A DNA stretch of 64,000 nucleotides from Nitrosopumilus sp. (GTDB lineage Archaea; Thermoproteota; Nitrososphaeria; Nitrososphaerales; Nitrosopumilaceae). The notes below the pieces were generated by a model. That model was not told where the DNA came from. It saw only the letters and a list, made by a program, of their open reading frames with translations, and searched no databases. The stretch covers positions 79,840 through 143,839 of the forward strand of contig CBDBGZ010000005.1 of NCBI GenBank assembly GCA_965205425.1, in the 5' to 3' direction. Within the stretch, counting starts at the first letter, position 1. Every line of letters begins with the position of its first letter. This document shows positions 37,273 through 48,609 of the stretch, piece after piece. A program made the translations under genes and the position numbers.

Positions 37273-39326
37273 TAGCGAAAAGATAAAGTTCGTGAACTAA
37301 ATTATTCCAAAACAAAAAACTTTTTGATCACTATGTATGGTAAAATTTGATGAACAAGTTAGAATCACTTGAAGTAGCATACAAAAAAGAAAACTCCAAG
37401 GTTGCAGTAAGGATGCTTGCAGTGTTGATGATTCTAAAGGATGGTAAGGAATTAGAACACACTGCAAAGACACTGCACAAGCTGGGTGAGAAAATGGACG
37501 AGTCGTTGAGATAGATGGCCTCTACGACCACCCAAGAAGTGGCAGGCCAAGAACAATCTCCCAGACTCGAATGGATGCTATCATGTCAAAAGCAATGCTA
37601 ACTTTGTTTACCCCCATAATGTTGCAACAAAGTATCTTTTATTCCACTGGAGTAAAATTTCACATAACCCACATCAGAAAGATAATGCACCAATACGGCA
37701 TGTCTGCAAAAACTGCACAAAAATATCACATCAACCATGCAAGTATATCTGCTGTGAGAAGCTGGCAACAACGCATCAAAAAGAGAATTTCACGCCTAAA
37801 AAAGAAAGGATTTGTCATTGCAATGGCTGATGAAGCATTCTTTGTAAGGGATACAAAAACAGGAAAAAAGTACTGGTCACCAGTTGCCAAGAGAATATTT
37901 CTTCCATATACAGGACGACATGAGAGTCTGGCAGTGTATGGTACAATTACAGAAAATGGCAATCAACTATTCAGAGTTTATGACAAATTCGGCCTTGTAG
38001 AAACCATAATAAAATAACAAAATCTAATTTTCTAATCCTGTAAGCATTGTATGCAATTAACCTGTACAACATCTCATTGTCCTGAGTTGTAACATTTCTT
38101 GATGTGACATCTCCTGACATTATCTGTTTGATCACAAAAAAGATTGTTTCAGATTTGTTTCTCTGATGGTACAATTGTACAGGAAAGTTCCTCTTCATCT
38201 CCTTTCTGTGAATTCCGCTGGTTCTGTAAATTGGAACTGTTCTATATCGAGTTGGAATCATTGCAGCTGTGTTGATCTGTTCTGCACCAACATGGTTATT
38301 CTCATCATCAAAACCCATGTCACCTAACACAATATCAACTGGAACAATATTGTTGGTTTTGTACAACAATGGCAGAAAATCAGGATTATCATGTTGCATG
38401 TTGTGGTGTGTCATGACACAGCAAACAAGCTGTGTATTCATGTCAGCACAAACAACAACTTTTAGGAAATTTCTGCGTAACTGTACTCTTTTTGTATAAT
38501 AGTATGATGCTGTACTGTAACTGAATCCGCTACCATCAATTCCAGCTAGAACCAGTCTGACTTTTTTGTACAAAATGAATTCCTGCAACATTTTATGTAA
38601 CAGATTTCCTTCCAGTCTTGCAGCTGCCTTTTGTAGTGTGGTGTAATGTGGAATGGTAGACAAACCAAGATATTCCTGAATTCCTACACATTCTTCTAAA
38701 AATTCTGTAAATCTTCTATAACTCTTTGATTCGTACTGTCGTATTGCCAAGAGTATGAGATGTGTCCAAACAGAATAGATATGATTTGATTTTGGATGTA
38801 AGAACCTAGAATTCTGCATCTGGTGATTATATTGAGTAGTGTTTTGCACATTTTGACGTATGATGAGACCATACTGTAATCTGCAAATACAATCCTAATG
38901 GATCTAAATTAGCTAAAATGTATCACAATTGGGTTAAAATCAGATGGTTTCTACAAGGCCGACAAATTCAATGCTGTGACATTTGTAGAGTACCTAAAGG
39001 AATTGCATCAGAAATACGGCAAGATTGCAATCATTTTAGATAGAGCATCAGTTCACAAATCAAAGAAGGTAAAGGAATATCTTGCAAACAATAGAGATGT
39101 CAAACTAATCTGGTTGCCAAAGGGATCACCATACTTGAAGAACATGATAGAGCAGTGCTGGAAGATAAGCAAGTATGCATTGTTGGTTTCAGAGTATTAT
39201 GCAATGTTTACAATAATGAACAAGGCAGTGTCCGAATATTTCAGAGTGACAAAGTTCAAGCTTGATGTTGCAAATTATATCTTTAGAAATCCTGCAAAGA
39301 TGTTTGCGAACTTTTGATCGTCGCTA
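37273..39326 (+). mobile_element. IS630-family element, copy 2 (degenerate, carries nested IS)
   Basis: Same TIRs as copy 1, TA duplication; transposase pieces at 37571-37990 and 38961-39317. Confidence 0.9.
37991..38960 (-). mobile_element. IS5/IS4-like element, copy 2 (970 bp) nested in IS630
   Basis: TIR GGCCTTGTAGAAACCA; 9-bp TSD GACAAATTC (37982-90 / 38961-69); 1-nt deletion near 38810 frameshifts tnp. Confidence 0.92.
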
Positions 39327-39665
39327 TAGATTCTTTTTTATTAAATATCCCTAATTATGTTGATAATCCTTTGAATCAATATCTTTTAGTTTTTCATTAT
39401 CCAATTGGTCAGGAATACCTGTCTGATTTCTCATTGCTTTGTAATAATCAAATAGAATTTCTAATCTAATTTGTCTATCATTTATAATTATGATTTGTAA
39501 TGTATATTAATAAATAAATTATTTCTTTTCCATCTCGTAAAAACAATTAGAACACAAATATTCATAATCTAGATATTCATCAAATGTGAAAACCCATTTC
39601 TCTTCTCCACAAGAATCGCAAATTCCTACAGTTCTATTTGTACCATCATGCATTATTCTAATTAT

Positions 39666-40349
39666 TCAAGACTGTTTTATATCATCTACGTTATAATCCA
39701 GTCTATTTATCATGTTTACAGTAAGATCAAGATTGTTCATCAGTGCTTGGTCTTTGTCTGGATGAAGATTCTTTTTTATCTCATTTATACCTGATTCTAC
39801 CAGTACGCTTGCCATGTCGCGATAGTATCTTTTGTGGGAATCTCTGTATCTTGTATCTGCAATATCATCTGCATTACTGTAGGTTTTATATCCTCCAATA
39901 TTTTGAGACGTGATACCCTGAGGATGGAATGTAAAGATAGCATCAAGCAAATGTTTTATTGTATCTGGACTAAATATGTCAGAGGCAAGCTCCCTTTGAA
40001 GAGCTTTGAAATATTGCAAAACATACTCTTCTCCCACCAGATTAAAACTCAGAGTAGATTTTATTATTTCAGGACTTGGGTTTGAATAGATTTCCCTGAT
40101 GTATTTTTTATCCTTGTGGTTGGAGGTTCCGGTAATTTTCTCAGGTGTTGTATTGGAGATTTTAATCATATCAGATAACAGGACAAATCCCTGCATAGAA
40201 TTTGTTATTCTTGATATAATGTCATTTTTTGCCTTGGAGAGTCTCTTTGTTTCAGTCTTTGAGCGGTTCCCAACTCCAAATTCTTGATTGTAGTGGCCCT
40301 TTAGAAGGTCAAGAATCTTTCTTTCAAACTGGGTAATTTCATCAGGCAT
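39666..40349 (-). CDS. Hypothetical island protein
   Basis: 227-aa ORF, no recognised motif. Confidence 0.7.
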   Translation of the reverse strand: MPDEITQFERKILDLLKGHYNQEFGVGNRSKTETKRLSKAKNDIISRITNSMQGFVLLSDMIKISNTTPEKITGTSNHKDKKYIREIYSNPSPEIIKSTLSFNLVGEEYVLQYFKALQRELASDIFSPDTIKHLLDAIFTFHPQGITSQNIGGYKTYSNADDIADTRYRDSHKRYYRDMASVLVESGINEIKKNLHPDKDQALMNNLDLTVNMINRLDYNVDDIKQS

Positions 40350-40406
40350 TGCTTAAAATTGGTAGAAGTTTTATTAAAATCTACTTTAATTCACATCTTT
40401 GCAGAG

Positions 40407-41015
40407 TTATACTTTTACACGTATCTTTCCAGTCAGTAATTTTTGCATCAGACCTTTCTTTAGAATTTCTAGCTTTTTCTTGTATTCTTGGTTTTTCTGA
40501 ATGTATGCATCAACTCCAGACAGGATTGACGCAATTTTTTGCTGTTCTGATAATAGAGGGCAAATTATTGGTATTACACACATATCTCTTTGATTTAATT
40601 TTGGTATGGCTGTAGATGCCACAAATTTGACTAATGAAATATGATTTAGAACTTTTTCAAGAAAATAATGTGATATATTTTCTTTCATTTTTAAAACATG
40701 AGCGTGGTTATTAACCCAACATTTTTCCTCAATGGTAAACGCAATAGGCAATACCCTGCTTTTTAAATTTTCACCATCTTCTGATAAACACAATATTCTT
40801 TCATCAAAAATATAATCATCAATATGATCAATGATACCAGAAGCTCCATAATACGGATATTTTCCAAATCTTTTTTTCCTTTCAGATACTTCCAAGGGAA
40901 TACGTTTAGAATCTAGAATATTCACTAATGTTTCTAATTTTCTAATCTCCCACTCTTCAGGAATCTCAATCTCTTTTCCAAACAGCCAAGTAACCTTCTT
41001 GTAGCCTTTCCTCAT
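40407..41015 (-). CDS. hsdS: Type I R-M specificity subunit, single-TRD (half-size) HsdS
   Basis: IPEEWEIRKL, YPYYGASGIIDHIDDYIFD, CWVNNHAHVL, PLLSEQQKIASIL, LMQKLLTG. Confidence 0.9.
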   Translation of the reverse strand: MRKGYKKVTWLFGKEIEIPEEWEIRKLETLVNILDSKRIPLEVSERKKRFGKYPYYGASGIIDHIDDYIFDERILCLSEDGENLKSRVLPIAFTIEEKCWVNNHAHVLKMKENISHYFLEKVLNHISLVKFVASTAIPKLNQRDMCVIPIICPLLSEQQKIASILSGVDAYIQKNQEYKKKLEILKKGLMQKLLTGKIRVKV

Positions 41016-41024
41016 GTCGGTAAA

Positions 41025-41693
41025 CTATCCGCCATATGCACATACACCCATTCTGGGAGAATTAATAACAGACAAAAATGAGGGTTCATCATCTCCTGAT
41101 TCCTCACACGTATGTTTTTCCAAACAATCTTCACAATAAAATCCATTATCATAATCTCTACACATCTCACATAGAGACGTGGCCACTCCTTCACATGACT
41201 TACAATTATATCTGAACTGATTGTTTCTTGCCAGCAACTCTATCGTTTTTGTTTCATGAGGTACGTCATTTTGTGTAGCATATACTTCTAATCTCAATGT
41301 TGTAGTCCAACCATAGTCGTATTCATGGGAGAATTTCATTCCATGATGTAAAATATTTTTTATCTTCACACGCATTGTCTTTGAATCCAATTCCCCAAAC
41401 ATGTCATCCTTTGATTTCTCATAGTATACATCATCAATTATAAAATGACTTAGATGACCACAGCATTCAAGCCAGATATCTCTCAAAAATGCATCCAATT
41501 CATCTAATGTATAGTCTACATCTACTTTGACAAACATCCAATACCAAGATCCATGTCCAGTAATCTTTAGTACAAATGACTGTTTTTCATTGTCTGTTTG
41601 TATTTTTGTGCATTTTAGTAAATGCCTTCCCATCTGAGTCAATGAAAATACGCTTTTACAAGTATAACAAATTCCCTTTGTAACCAATGACAT
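41025..41693 (-). CDS. pRiA4b ORF3-like protein with Zn fingers
   Basis: TLDELDAFLRDIWLECCGHLSHF, HEYDYGWTT, NSPRMGVCAY. Confidence 0.8.
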   Translation of the reverse strand: MSLVTKGICYTCKSVFSLTQMGRHLLKCTKIQTDNEKQSFVLKITGHGSWYWMFVKVDVDYTLDELDAFLRDIWLECCGHLSHFIIDDVYYEKSKDDMFGELDSKTMRVKIKNILHHGMKFSHEYDYGWTTTLRLEVYATQNDVPHETKTIELLARNNQFRYNCKSCEGVATSLCEMCRDYDNGFYCEDCLEKHTCEESGDDEPSFLSVINSPRMGVCAYGG

Positions 41694-41725
41694 TTGTAAA
41701 TTTTTTATCTAATTAAACATATATC

Positions 41726-41931
41726 TCAAAGTTTTATGTTCAATTCTTTGAGATCTTCTTTCACTTTTTCTCGGAGTTTCTCTTGTTCTGCATTGACTAT
41801 TTTTAATTCATCATATGCATCTTGAATGTCAATTTCTTCTTCAGGTTCTGAAATATCCACATACCTTGGGACATTCAAATTAAATTCGTTTTCCTTTAAT
41901 TCATCAAAATCTGCAACATGACAGTACCTTG
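41726..41931 (-). pseudogene. hsdM: 3' remnant of type I methyltransferase hsdM, truncated by IS481
   Basis: YCHVADFDELKENEFNLNVPRYVDISEPEEEIDIQ typical HsdM C-terminus. Confidence 0.8.
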
Positions 41932-42958
41932 TTGTATCCCAAAATCAGTTCGTCCCTTATTTGACATCGTATTCTTCTCCTGTCTGCTCATCAATAACTC
42001 TTGTTCCTTTCTCTGGCATCTTTCTTGCATATGCCTTTGCAGGGGTCTCAAGATTATCCCAGTCAAGTGACATGTGTGGCTTTATGTGATTGTACCAGTG
42101 GACCAGCTCATCAATGGTGCCAAACCATTTCTGCTTTCTCTGAATCTCGCCGTGAAATCTTTCGAGCTTGCCATTGGTTTGAGGATGGTTCACTCTTGCC
42201 ATGATATGCTTTATCTCTAATTTTACCAGTTCTTGCTCAAACTGGGATGCTCCTTTTCTCTTGTATTCTGATTGGTTTGCATAAAACTGGGAGCCATGAT
42301 CAGTTAGAATTGATGCAGGCCTACCGTGCTTTGCAATTGCCTCATGTAATACTACAAGTGCGTTATCTGTTGTTGCCTCTGCAAACACTCCATGAGAAAC
42401 GATAAACCTTGATGCGTCATCCTGGTAGCATAAGAACCATCTGCCATCATCTAGCTTCTTCCAGTCAGTATGCCACATGGAGTTTGAATATGTCCTTTCA
42501 TATCGAACCCACTTTCGTCTTCTCCTCTTCTTTGGCTGAGCTTCTGCCAACCCTTCATCTCTCATAATTTTGTGTATGGTATTGTGAGGTATGTGTGTTC
42601 CAGTAGTATCAATTATTTTCTCCAAGAATACTGCAGAACACCTGAACTTTTCAAATGTAGACTGGACAGTCTGCACCATCTGCTCTGTGATTATTCCCTT
42701 TGGCCTTCCAGACTTGCCTAGGATTGGAACTGCACCAGTACGGCGATACCGTGAGTAGAGTTTCTGCATCCACCCAACAGATATCTTCATGGATGAGGCA
42801 ACGTCTGCGTTCTTGGCACCGATCCTCTTTTGACTTGATTATCCAGGATATCTGGATTGGATCTAACTTTTGCATAATCTTGTGATTCTTTCCTCTTTTC
42901 CAAACGTATCTTGACTTTAGTCTGGAAATAATGGGGTGAACTAATTTGAGGATAATAG
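41930..42958 (-). mobile_element. IS481-family element (ends approximate)
   Basis: Imperfect TIR TATCCCAAAATCAGTTCGTCCC (41935-56) vs TATCCTCAAATTAGTTCACCCC (42954-33); no TSD seen. Confidence 0.8.
41957..42875 (-). CDS. tnp: IS481 rve transposase, frameshift near 42825
   Basis: WHTDWK, DDASR, LTDHGSQF, PQTNGKLERFH. Confidence 0.85.
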
Positions 42959-43000
42959 ATAAAATCATCATTACACAATCAATAAATTATACTAATTACA

Positions 43001-44146
43001 TGAGACTTGGGCATAATGATTTACAAAAATAATTTCCAATATTTCTCTAGCAGCACAACATTCTCTTTACAGTTCTTGGATTCTCTGCACCAATTGCACA
43101 GTTGTAGTAAACTGTCAACTGATACACAAGAACACAAACCAACACAAATGATTTGACATTGTGCAATCCCTTTACAGGCAATACTCTGATGTCAAAAATA
43201 TCTTTGAGATACTCAAATAGAGGTTCAATTGAGACTTTTCTATCTGCATACAGCTCTTGCCCAATTACAGAATTGTAAAACTCTACGAGTTTTATTCTCT
43301 CTGGCGGCGTATGCGGGTATTGTTTTATTGGAGTAATTAGTCTCAGATTTTTCTTGTTGCTAAATTGATGCAGTGAACCGTTGTCATATGCAGGATCACA
43401 TAAGATATTCTCGACAAATCCTGCAAGAGATTCAGTTAGTATTTCATACATCTTGCCGTCATGAACATTTGCAGTTGAGACATCAGCAGACAATGGAACT
43501 ATCAGTTTTCCAGTACTGCAACTCATATGCAGTTTGTACCCAAATATCCAACCCTTTAATTTTGAAAAACCCCATTTTGCATCTGTGTCAATTCCTGAGA
43601 TTGGAATTCTATTCTTTTTCATATCTGACTTGTGCCATACTGGACCTGCAGCTTTTAGCATGGAACTATCCACTGATGCAGATATGTCATCGACTAGTTT
43701 CTCTGATACAAACAGACTTTCCATATTACTGATTATATCACCAATTGGCAGAACTTGGAATCGTCTGTCAATGGTTCTTCTGTTTGGGATTTGAGCTAGT
43801 CTGCAAACCTTGAGCAATTTATCATTGATACCTTTAGTCAAAAGAAAATAATGTAATGTATTGTTGCTTGGAATTCTCATCCAAGATTTTATGATGAACA
43901 GCTGTACACCATCAGAATTGTAGAGTATACGTACGGTCTACCAGGTTTTCAGCATCTCCTCATACAAAGACAACATTCCCACCAAATGTAACACGCCAAT
44001 AAGAAATGATTCCGATAGAATCTTGCCAGGGATTTTCATTTGTTTTGACATTCCAATGAACGAAACATGATAAGATCCTTAGCTTTTTCTATTTGAATAA
44101 TTTGAGAATTGACTCAAAAATTAGAATTAGTTATGCCCATGTCTCA
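43001..44146 (-). mobile_element. DDE insertion sequence (IS5/IS982-like), transposase 5' part frameshifted
   Basis: TIR TGAGACTTGGGCATAA / TGAGACATGGGCATAA; tnp 43047-~44039 with VDSSML, FGYKLH, CDPAYD, RKVSIEPLF. Confidence 0.85.
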
Positions 44147-44294
44147 GTTATACTATCTAATGTAACATGCAATCAAAAAATTCTATTACAATTTCTAATA
44201 ATGTCTACCAGTTTTTATCAACAACACAAGTTAATTTTTTTATGACTAGCAAAAATTGTTTTGTTTAAAAGAATTTGTCCAAATCAGACATTTA

Positions 44295-44915
44295 TCAAGC
44301 AAGTTCTGAGAATCTATTTCCCACATAATCCCAATTAACAACATTCCACCAAGATTCAACATAAGCAGGTCTTTTGTTTTGGTATTTCAAATAGTATGCA
44401 TGTTCCCAAACATCCAACCCAAGTAATGGAAATTTTCCAAGTGTCCAAGGACTAGTTTGGTTTTCAGTAGTTATAATTTCTATTTTATGATATGTAGAAT
44501 TAAAAACTAACCAACACCAACCACTACCTTGTATTGTTATTGCTTTTTCAGAAAATATTTTTTTGAAATTCTCAAAATTGTCAAAATAAACATCAATTTG
44601 GTCTGCTATTTGACCAAAAGGTTTTCCATCACCATTTGGAGTCATAGTTTCCCAAAATAATCTATGATTTTCAAAACCACCACCAAAAAAATTGATTGCA
44701 CTTCTTCCAGATTCTGGAATAGATTTTAGATCAGAGAGGACAGATGAAATGTATTGAGGATGAGAAGCACTTCCAACATCAGCTAGAGATTTGTTTAATC
44801 CATCGACATATGTCTGATGATGTTTTTGATGATGGATTTTCATTGTTTCAGCATCAATGAAGGGTTCCAGTTCATCATATCCATAAGGAAGTCTCGGAAG
44901 TTCGTATAGAACCAT
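44295..44915 (-). CDS. sod: Fe/Mn superoxide dismutase
   Basis: HHQKHHQTYV, NHRLFW, DVWEHAYY. Confidence 0.97.
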   Translation of the reverse strand: MVLYELPRLPYGYDELEPFIDAETMKIHHQKHHQTYVDGLNKSLADVGSASHPQYISSVLSDLKSIPESGRSAINFFGGGFENHRLFWETMTPNGDGKPFGQIADQIDVYFDNFENFKKIFSEKAITIQGSGWCWLVFNSTYHKIEIITTENQTSPWTLGKFPLLGLDVWEHAYYLKYQNKRPAYVESWWNVVNWDYVGNRFSELA

Positions 44916-45006
44916 GAGTCAATTCAGGGTAATCCACATATATTCTTCAAGAACTAAAATTCAATCTAGTGCAAAGAATGATAAATCTTAAGGAAATATT
45001 AACAAT

Positions 45007-45621
45007 ATGAGAAAACTAGGAACCATAGATTTAGAAATTTTACATTTAGCAATAAATGAGAATGGAACATTTAATGAAACCAATCTCGAAAATTCAAAAT
45101 TAAAGAGATTAGGGGTTGGCAAAATTTTAGATTCTCTTGCGACATTAAAAGACAGAAAAATGATTTCATTGAATAGCAACGGTTCATTCTCAATAACAAA
45201 TCTAGCAAAAGAAATTTTGTGGAGCGGGAATATTCCAACATGGGCAAAAATATTACGATTACTGCAAATCAAATCATGCAATATGGATCAAATTGAAGAT
45301 ATTTTAAAAATTTCAAGAAATGAATTGGTTGAAGAAATTGAAAAATTACGAAAAAATCAATTTTTACTAATGTCTCCACAAAGGTTAGAAGATAAACTAG
45401 TCAAAGTTTTTGAGATTCTTCCAGAAGGAATTACAAAAATTGACAAGACTGAAACAGATGGATTTGGAAATACTGAATTTGGGGAATCAAAACCAGAAAT
45501 TGAAATTCTAAGCATAATAGATGAAGTCATCAAAGACATTCAAGAATCTAAACTAGAACAAACAAAGAAAGAAGTAATCAATAAAAAATTATTCAAATTA
45601 AAAGATAAATTAGAAATTTAG
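45007..45621 (+). CDS. Conserved wHTH-like protein
   Basis: 204-aa ORF, tandem wHTH-like pattern. Confidence 0.7.
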   Translation: MRKLGTIDLEILHLAINENGTFNETNLENSKLKRLGVGKILDSLATLKDRKMISLNSNGSFSITNLAKEILWSGNIPTWAKILRLLQIKSCNMDQIEDILKISRNELVEEIEKLRKNQFLLMSPQRLEDKLVKVFEILPEGITKIDKTETDGFGNTEFGESKPEIEILSIIDEVIKDIQESKLEQTKKEVINKKLFKLKDKLEI

Positions 45622-47346
45622 TTATTTAGCGCGAATCTTATCTTGTATTTGTGCCAAAATGAGTTCAGCCTTATCTTTATTCTCATAGTTTTCTGCAGTT
45701 TCGTCCATAATTTCATCAATTTCATAGCTTTTATCTACCAAAATATTTGCAACATGATCATCAAGAGTACCATTTCCAATTAGATAATATGCAAATACAG
45801 TGTTCTTTTGACCTATTCTGTGCAGTCTATCTTCAGCTTGCCTATGAATTGCAGGGCTCCAATCAAGTTCTGCAAAAATTACATATTTCGCCCTAGTCAA
45901 ATTGATACCAACGTTACCGGCCCTAATTCCTGCAATCATTAATTTTGATTCACCTTTTTGGAATTTGTCTATTTGATCTTGACGTATGTTATCGGATTGT
46001 CCACCAATAATAGATACAGGAGAAAATTCTTGAAGGCTCTCATGAAGTAATTTATGAATCACTTTATGATGGCAAAATACAACTACACTTTCTTCAATTT
46101 CCATAATATTTTTTACAAAATTAATTACATGCGGAAGTTTTGCAATGCCAGCAATTTGTCTTTCACTTTGAATTGCCCTGTGATAAGATACAGATTTAGA
46201 GAATTCAGTTTCAGCATCTTTTTGTTCTGCTTCAACTTTTTTCCAAATTTTGTCTAATTCTTCAAGATAATAATCAGTGTCGGCTGCAATTACTTCCTTG
46301 TAACGAACTTTGTCTTTTAGTTCTTTTAACACATCAGATTTTTTCCTTCTTAGCATCACATGTTTTTGCAATTCATTTCGAAGAGATGCACGTTTGTTTT
46401 CTAAAACAATTGCTTTGCCTTTTTCATTAACATAACAAAAGTATTCACAAAATTCCTTAAAGCTTCCAAGCAACCCAGGTTTAATGATATCTATGATAGG
46501 CCATATTTCAGAACCACGATTATAGATTGGAGTTCCTGAAAGTCCTATTCGATATAGAATGGAAGGAAGTGCTGCCAATTTTTTTATTGCTTTATATTTT
46601 TGAGTAGTTTTAGACCTAAGATTATGTACTTCATCACAAACTATTGTTTTTAGTCCTAGTTTTGACAAGTCATCATTTCTTTTGAAAAGTAATTCATAAT
46701 TTATTATGTAAATATCAGTTTTAGGAAGTTCTTTAGATTTACCAGTTCTAATTATTGTAACACTTGGGGATTCTGATTCAATAATTCGTCCATTCCTACT
46801 TTTCTTCTTTAGGAATTTTTCAATTTCGCGTTCCCAATTGTTTAATGTGACTAGCGGTGCAACAACTAGAATTGGAAATGTTTGTTTTTCAGTTGCAGCA
46901 TAAGATAATGTTTGTACGGTTTTTCCAAGACCCATTTCATCAGCCAATAAAGCATTACCAGAAGATTTTAACAAAAAATCCAATCCTTCTTTTTGAAAAT
47001 TCAATAATTTTCCTCTAAACTGATCACCAGTTTTTGCTCGTTTCAATTTTAGTTTGATTGGGGGCAAAGTAGGTTTTGGAGCATATGTTTTTACAATTTT
47101 TCTTTGCCAAGTTGATTTGGATAAAATCTCCAAAGGATACCTATCCATGATTAATTTTAGTTGTTTTACAGTTTCAGTACTATCAGGAATAATGATTTCA
47201 TTAACATTTTCACCATACCAAGCCTCTGAGACTAATCTAGAGATCATACTTACGGCACGATCACCAGTTACTTTCCAACTCCAGATTTTAGAATATTTAT
47301 CAAGCACATACTCGAGCGTACCGATATTTTCCATGGATGTTTCCAT
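45622..47346 (-). CDS. SNF2-family helicase (SMARCAL1-like)
   Basis: LADEMGLGKT, CDEVH, SGTP, QAEDRLHRIGQ. Confidence 0.95.
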   Translation of the reverse strand: METSMENIGTLEYVLDKYSKIWSWKVTGDRAVSMISRLVSEAWYGENVNEIIIPDSTETVKQLKLIMDRYPLEILSKSTWQRKIVKTYAPKPTLPPIKLKLKRAKTGDQFRGKLLNFQKEGLDFLLKSSGNALLADEMGLGKTVQTLSYAATEKQTFPILVVAPLVTLNNWEREIEKFLKKKSRNGRIIESESPSVTIIRTGKSKELPKTDIYIINYELLFKRNDDLSKLGLKTIVCDEVHNLRSKTTQKYKAIKKLAALPSILYRIGLSGTPIYNRGSEIWPIIDIIKPGLLGSFKEFCEYFCYVNEKGKAIVLENKRASLRNELQKHVMLRRKKSDVLKELKDKVRYKEVIAADTDYYLEELDKIWKKVEAEQKDAETEFSKSVSYHRAIQSERQIAGIAKLPHVINFVKNIMEIEESVVVFCHHKVIHKLLHESLQEFSPVSIIGGQSDNIRQDQIDKFQKGESKLMIAGIRAGNVGINLTRAKYVIFAELDWSPAIHRQAEDRLHRIGQKNTVFAYYLIGNGTLDDHVANILVDKSYEIDEIMDETAENYENKDKAELILAQIQDKIRAK

Positions 47347-47740
47347 AATTTGAGGACAGAAAGTTTTTTTGCCTTATGAATCTTCATGTTTTTTTCGATC
47401 ATTAAAAAGTATAACAAGAATCTACAAGAGTTAAAATATGATAGTAGTTTCTAGTTTTGGGTAAAATTTTCGGCATAGATATTTAGGCTCAAAATAGCAC
47501 AAAATTATCAAGAATAGAAATTTAGAAAAATCAAAAAAATAGGATTAATCATAAAAGGATCTAAAAAATAATTAATACAAAATTTAAAAAACCATTTTTA
47601 ATTTTTATTTGATAAAAAATTGAGAAAACAAAAATGAATTCATAGTTAATTTAATTTTAAAATATTAGAAAATATAGATCAAAAAAATAACCAATGAATT
47701 TTCAATATACGTTTAAAGTTCATTAGAGTTTAGAACCAAT

Positions 47741-48421
47741 ATGGAATTTATTCAAAATGAAGAACCAAGTGTAGAAAAACCAATTATGATTGCAGCAATG
47801 CAAGATATAGGAAATGTTGGAAGTATAGTAGTAAATTTCATTAATGAATCACTTAGAACTAAAACATTCAGAACCGCAAAGACACAATTTCCAACATACA
47901 TAGTTGATAGAGGTGGGTACATTGATCTTCCAGATGAAAATTGGGAATACAAATACACAGATGATTTAATTGTATTTGGAGGAGGAAAAGGGCAACCTCA
48001 AAGTAATAATGACCTAAACGAGTTATGTCAAGATGTTATCAAGACTGCAAGAAAATACTCTGTAAAATTTATCTACACATTAGGAGGATTCCATACCAAT
48101 CGAATAATTGATGATAAACCAAAAACATACATCACCACAACATCCAAAGAATTAACAAAACAAATGGAAGGATTGGATGTTGAAACAACTCCTCAAAAAT
48201 CACTAATCACAGGATTTAATGGATTAATCTTAGGGTTCGCAAAAATGAATAACATTCAGGGAATTGGGATGTATGGAGAATTAAACGAGCCTGAAATTCC
48301 ACAATATAGATCAGCAATCAGCATAATCAAAACACTTGAAAAATTAACATATAGAAAATTAGGAAATACAAGTCAATTGGAAATAATGGCCCAAGAAATT
48401 GAAAGAAAATTTAAGAATTAA
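47741..48421 (+). CDS. PAC2-family proteasome assembly chaperone
   Basis: DIGNVG, IYTLGGF, ITGFNGLILG. Confidence 0.85.
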   Translation: MEFIQNEEPSVEKPIMIAAMQDIGNVGSIVVNFINESLRTKTFRTAKTQFPTYIVDRGGYIDLPDENWEYKYTDDLIVFGGGKGQPQSNNDLNELCQDVIKTARKYSVKFIYTLGGFHTNRIIDDKPKTYITTTSKELTKQMEGLDVETTPQKSLITGFNGLILGFAKMNNIQGIGMYGELNEPEIPQYRSAISIIKTLEKLTYRKLGNTSQLEIMAQEIERKFKN

Positions 48422-48558
48422 TTTTTATGAGTTGTTCCAACTTCGTGGGGTTCAGTGTTCTCATCATGACAATCACAACCACAAAGATGAGTCTTATGAT
48501 TATTCATACAATCAATGCATTCAAAATGTTTTCTCGTCTCACAAGCTGCACAAATCAT
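48418..48558 (-). CDS. 46-aa Cys/His-rich metal-binding protein (not in ORF track)
   Basis: MICAACETRKHFECIDCMNNHKTHLCGCDCHDENTEPHEVGTTHKN. Confidence 0.6.
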   Translation of the reverse strand: MICAACETRKHFECIDCMNNHKTHLCGCDCHDENTEPHEVGTTHKN

Positions 48559-48609
48559 CTTAAAAATACTAAACAGTAGAAGGATTTGAATTTTTTCTCC
48601 AAATTAGCC

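Larger units (their letters stand above)
37007..39490 (-). pseudogene. Hypothetical gene interrupted by IS630 copy 2 (plus internal TAG)
   Basis: Removing the IS and one TA joins ...YLIKKNL/VKGTIDYSDDG in frame. Confidence 0.6.

Noticed and set aside
36304-44209. AATGTCTACC at both island edges as att sites
   Set aside because: Only 10 bp in AT-rich DNA, and one copy is simply a gene start; chance match is plausible
47350-47740. AT-rich intergenic region as replication origin
   Set aside because: No ORB-like repeats and no adjacent cdc6/orc1
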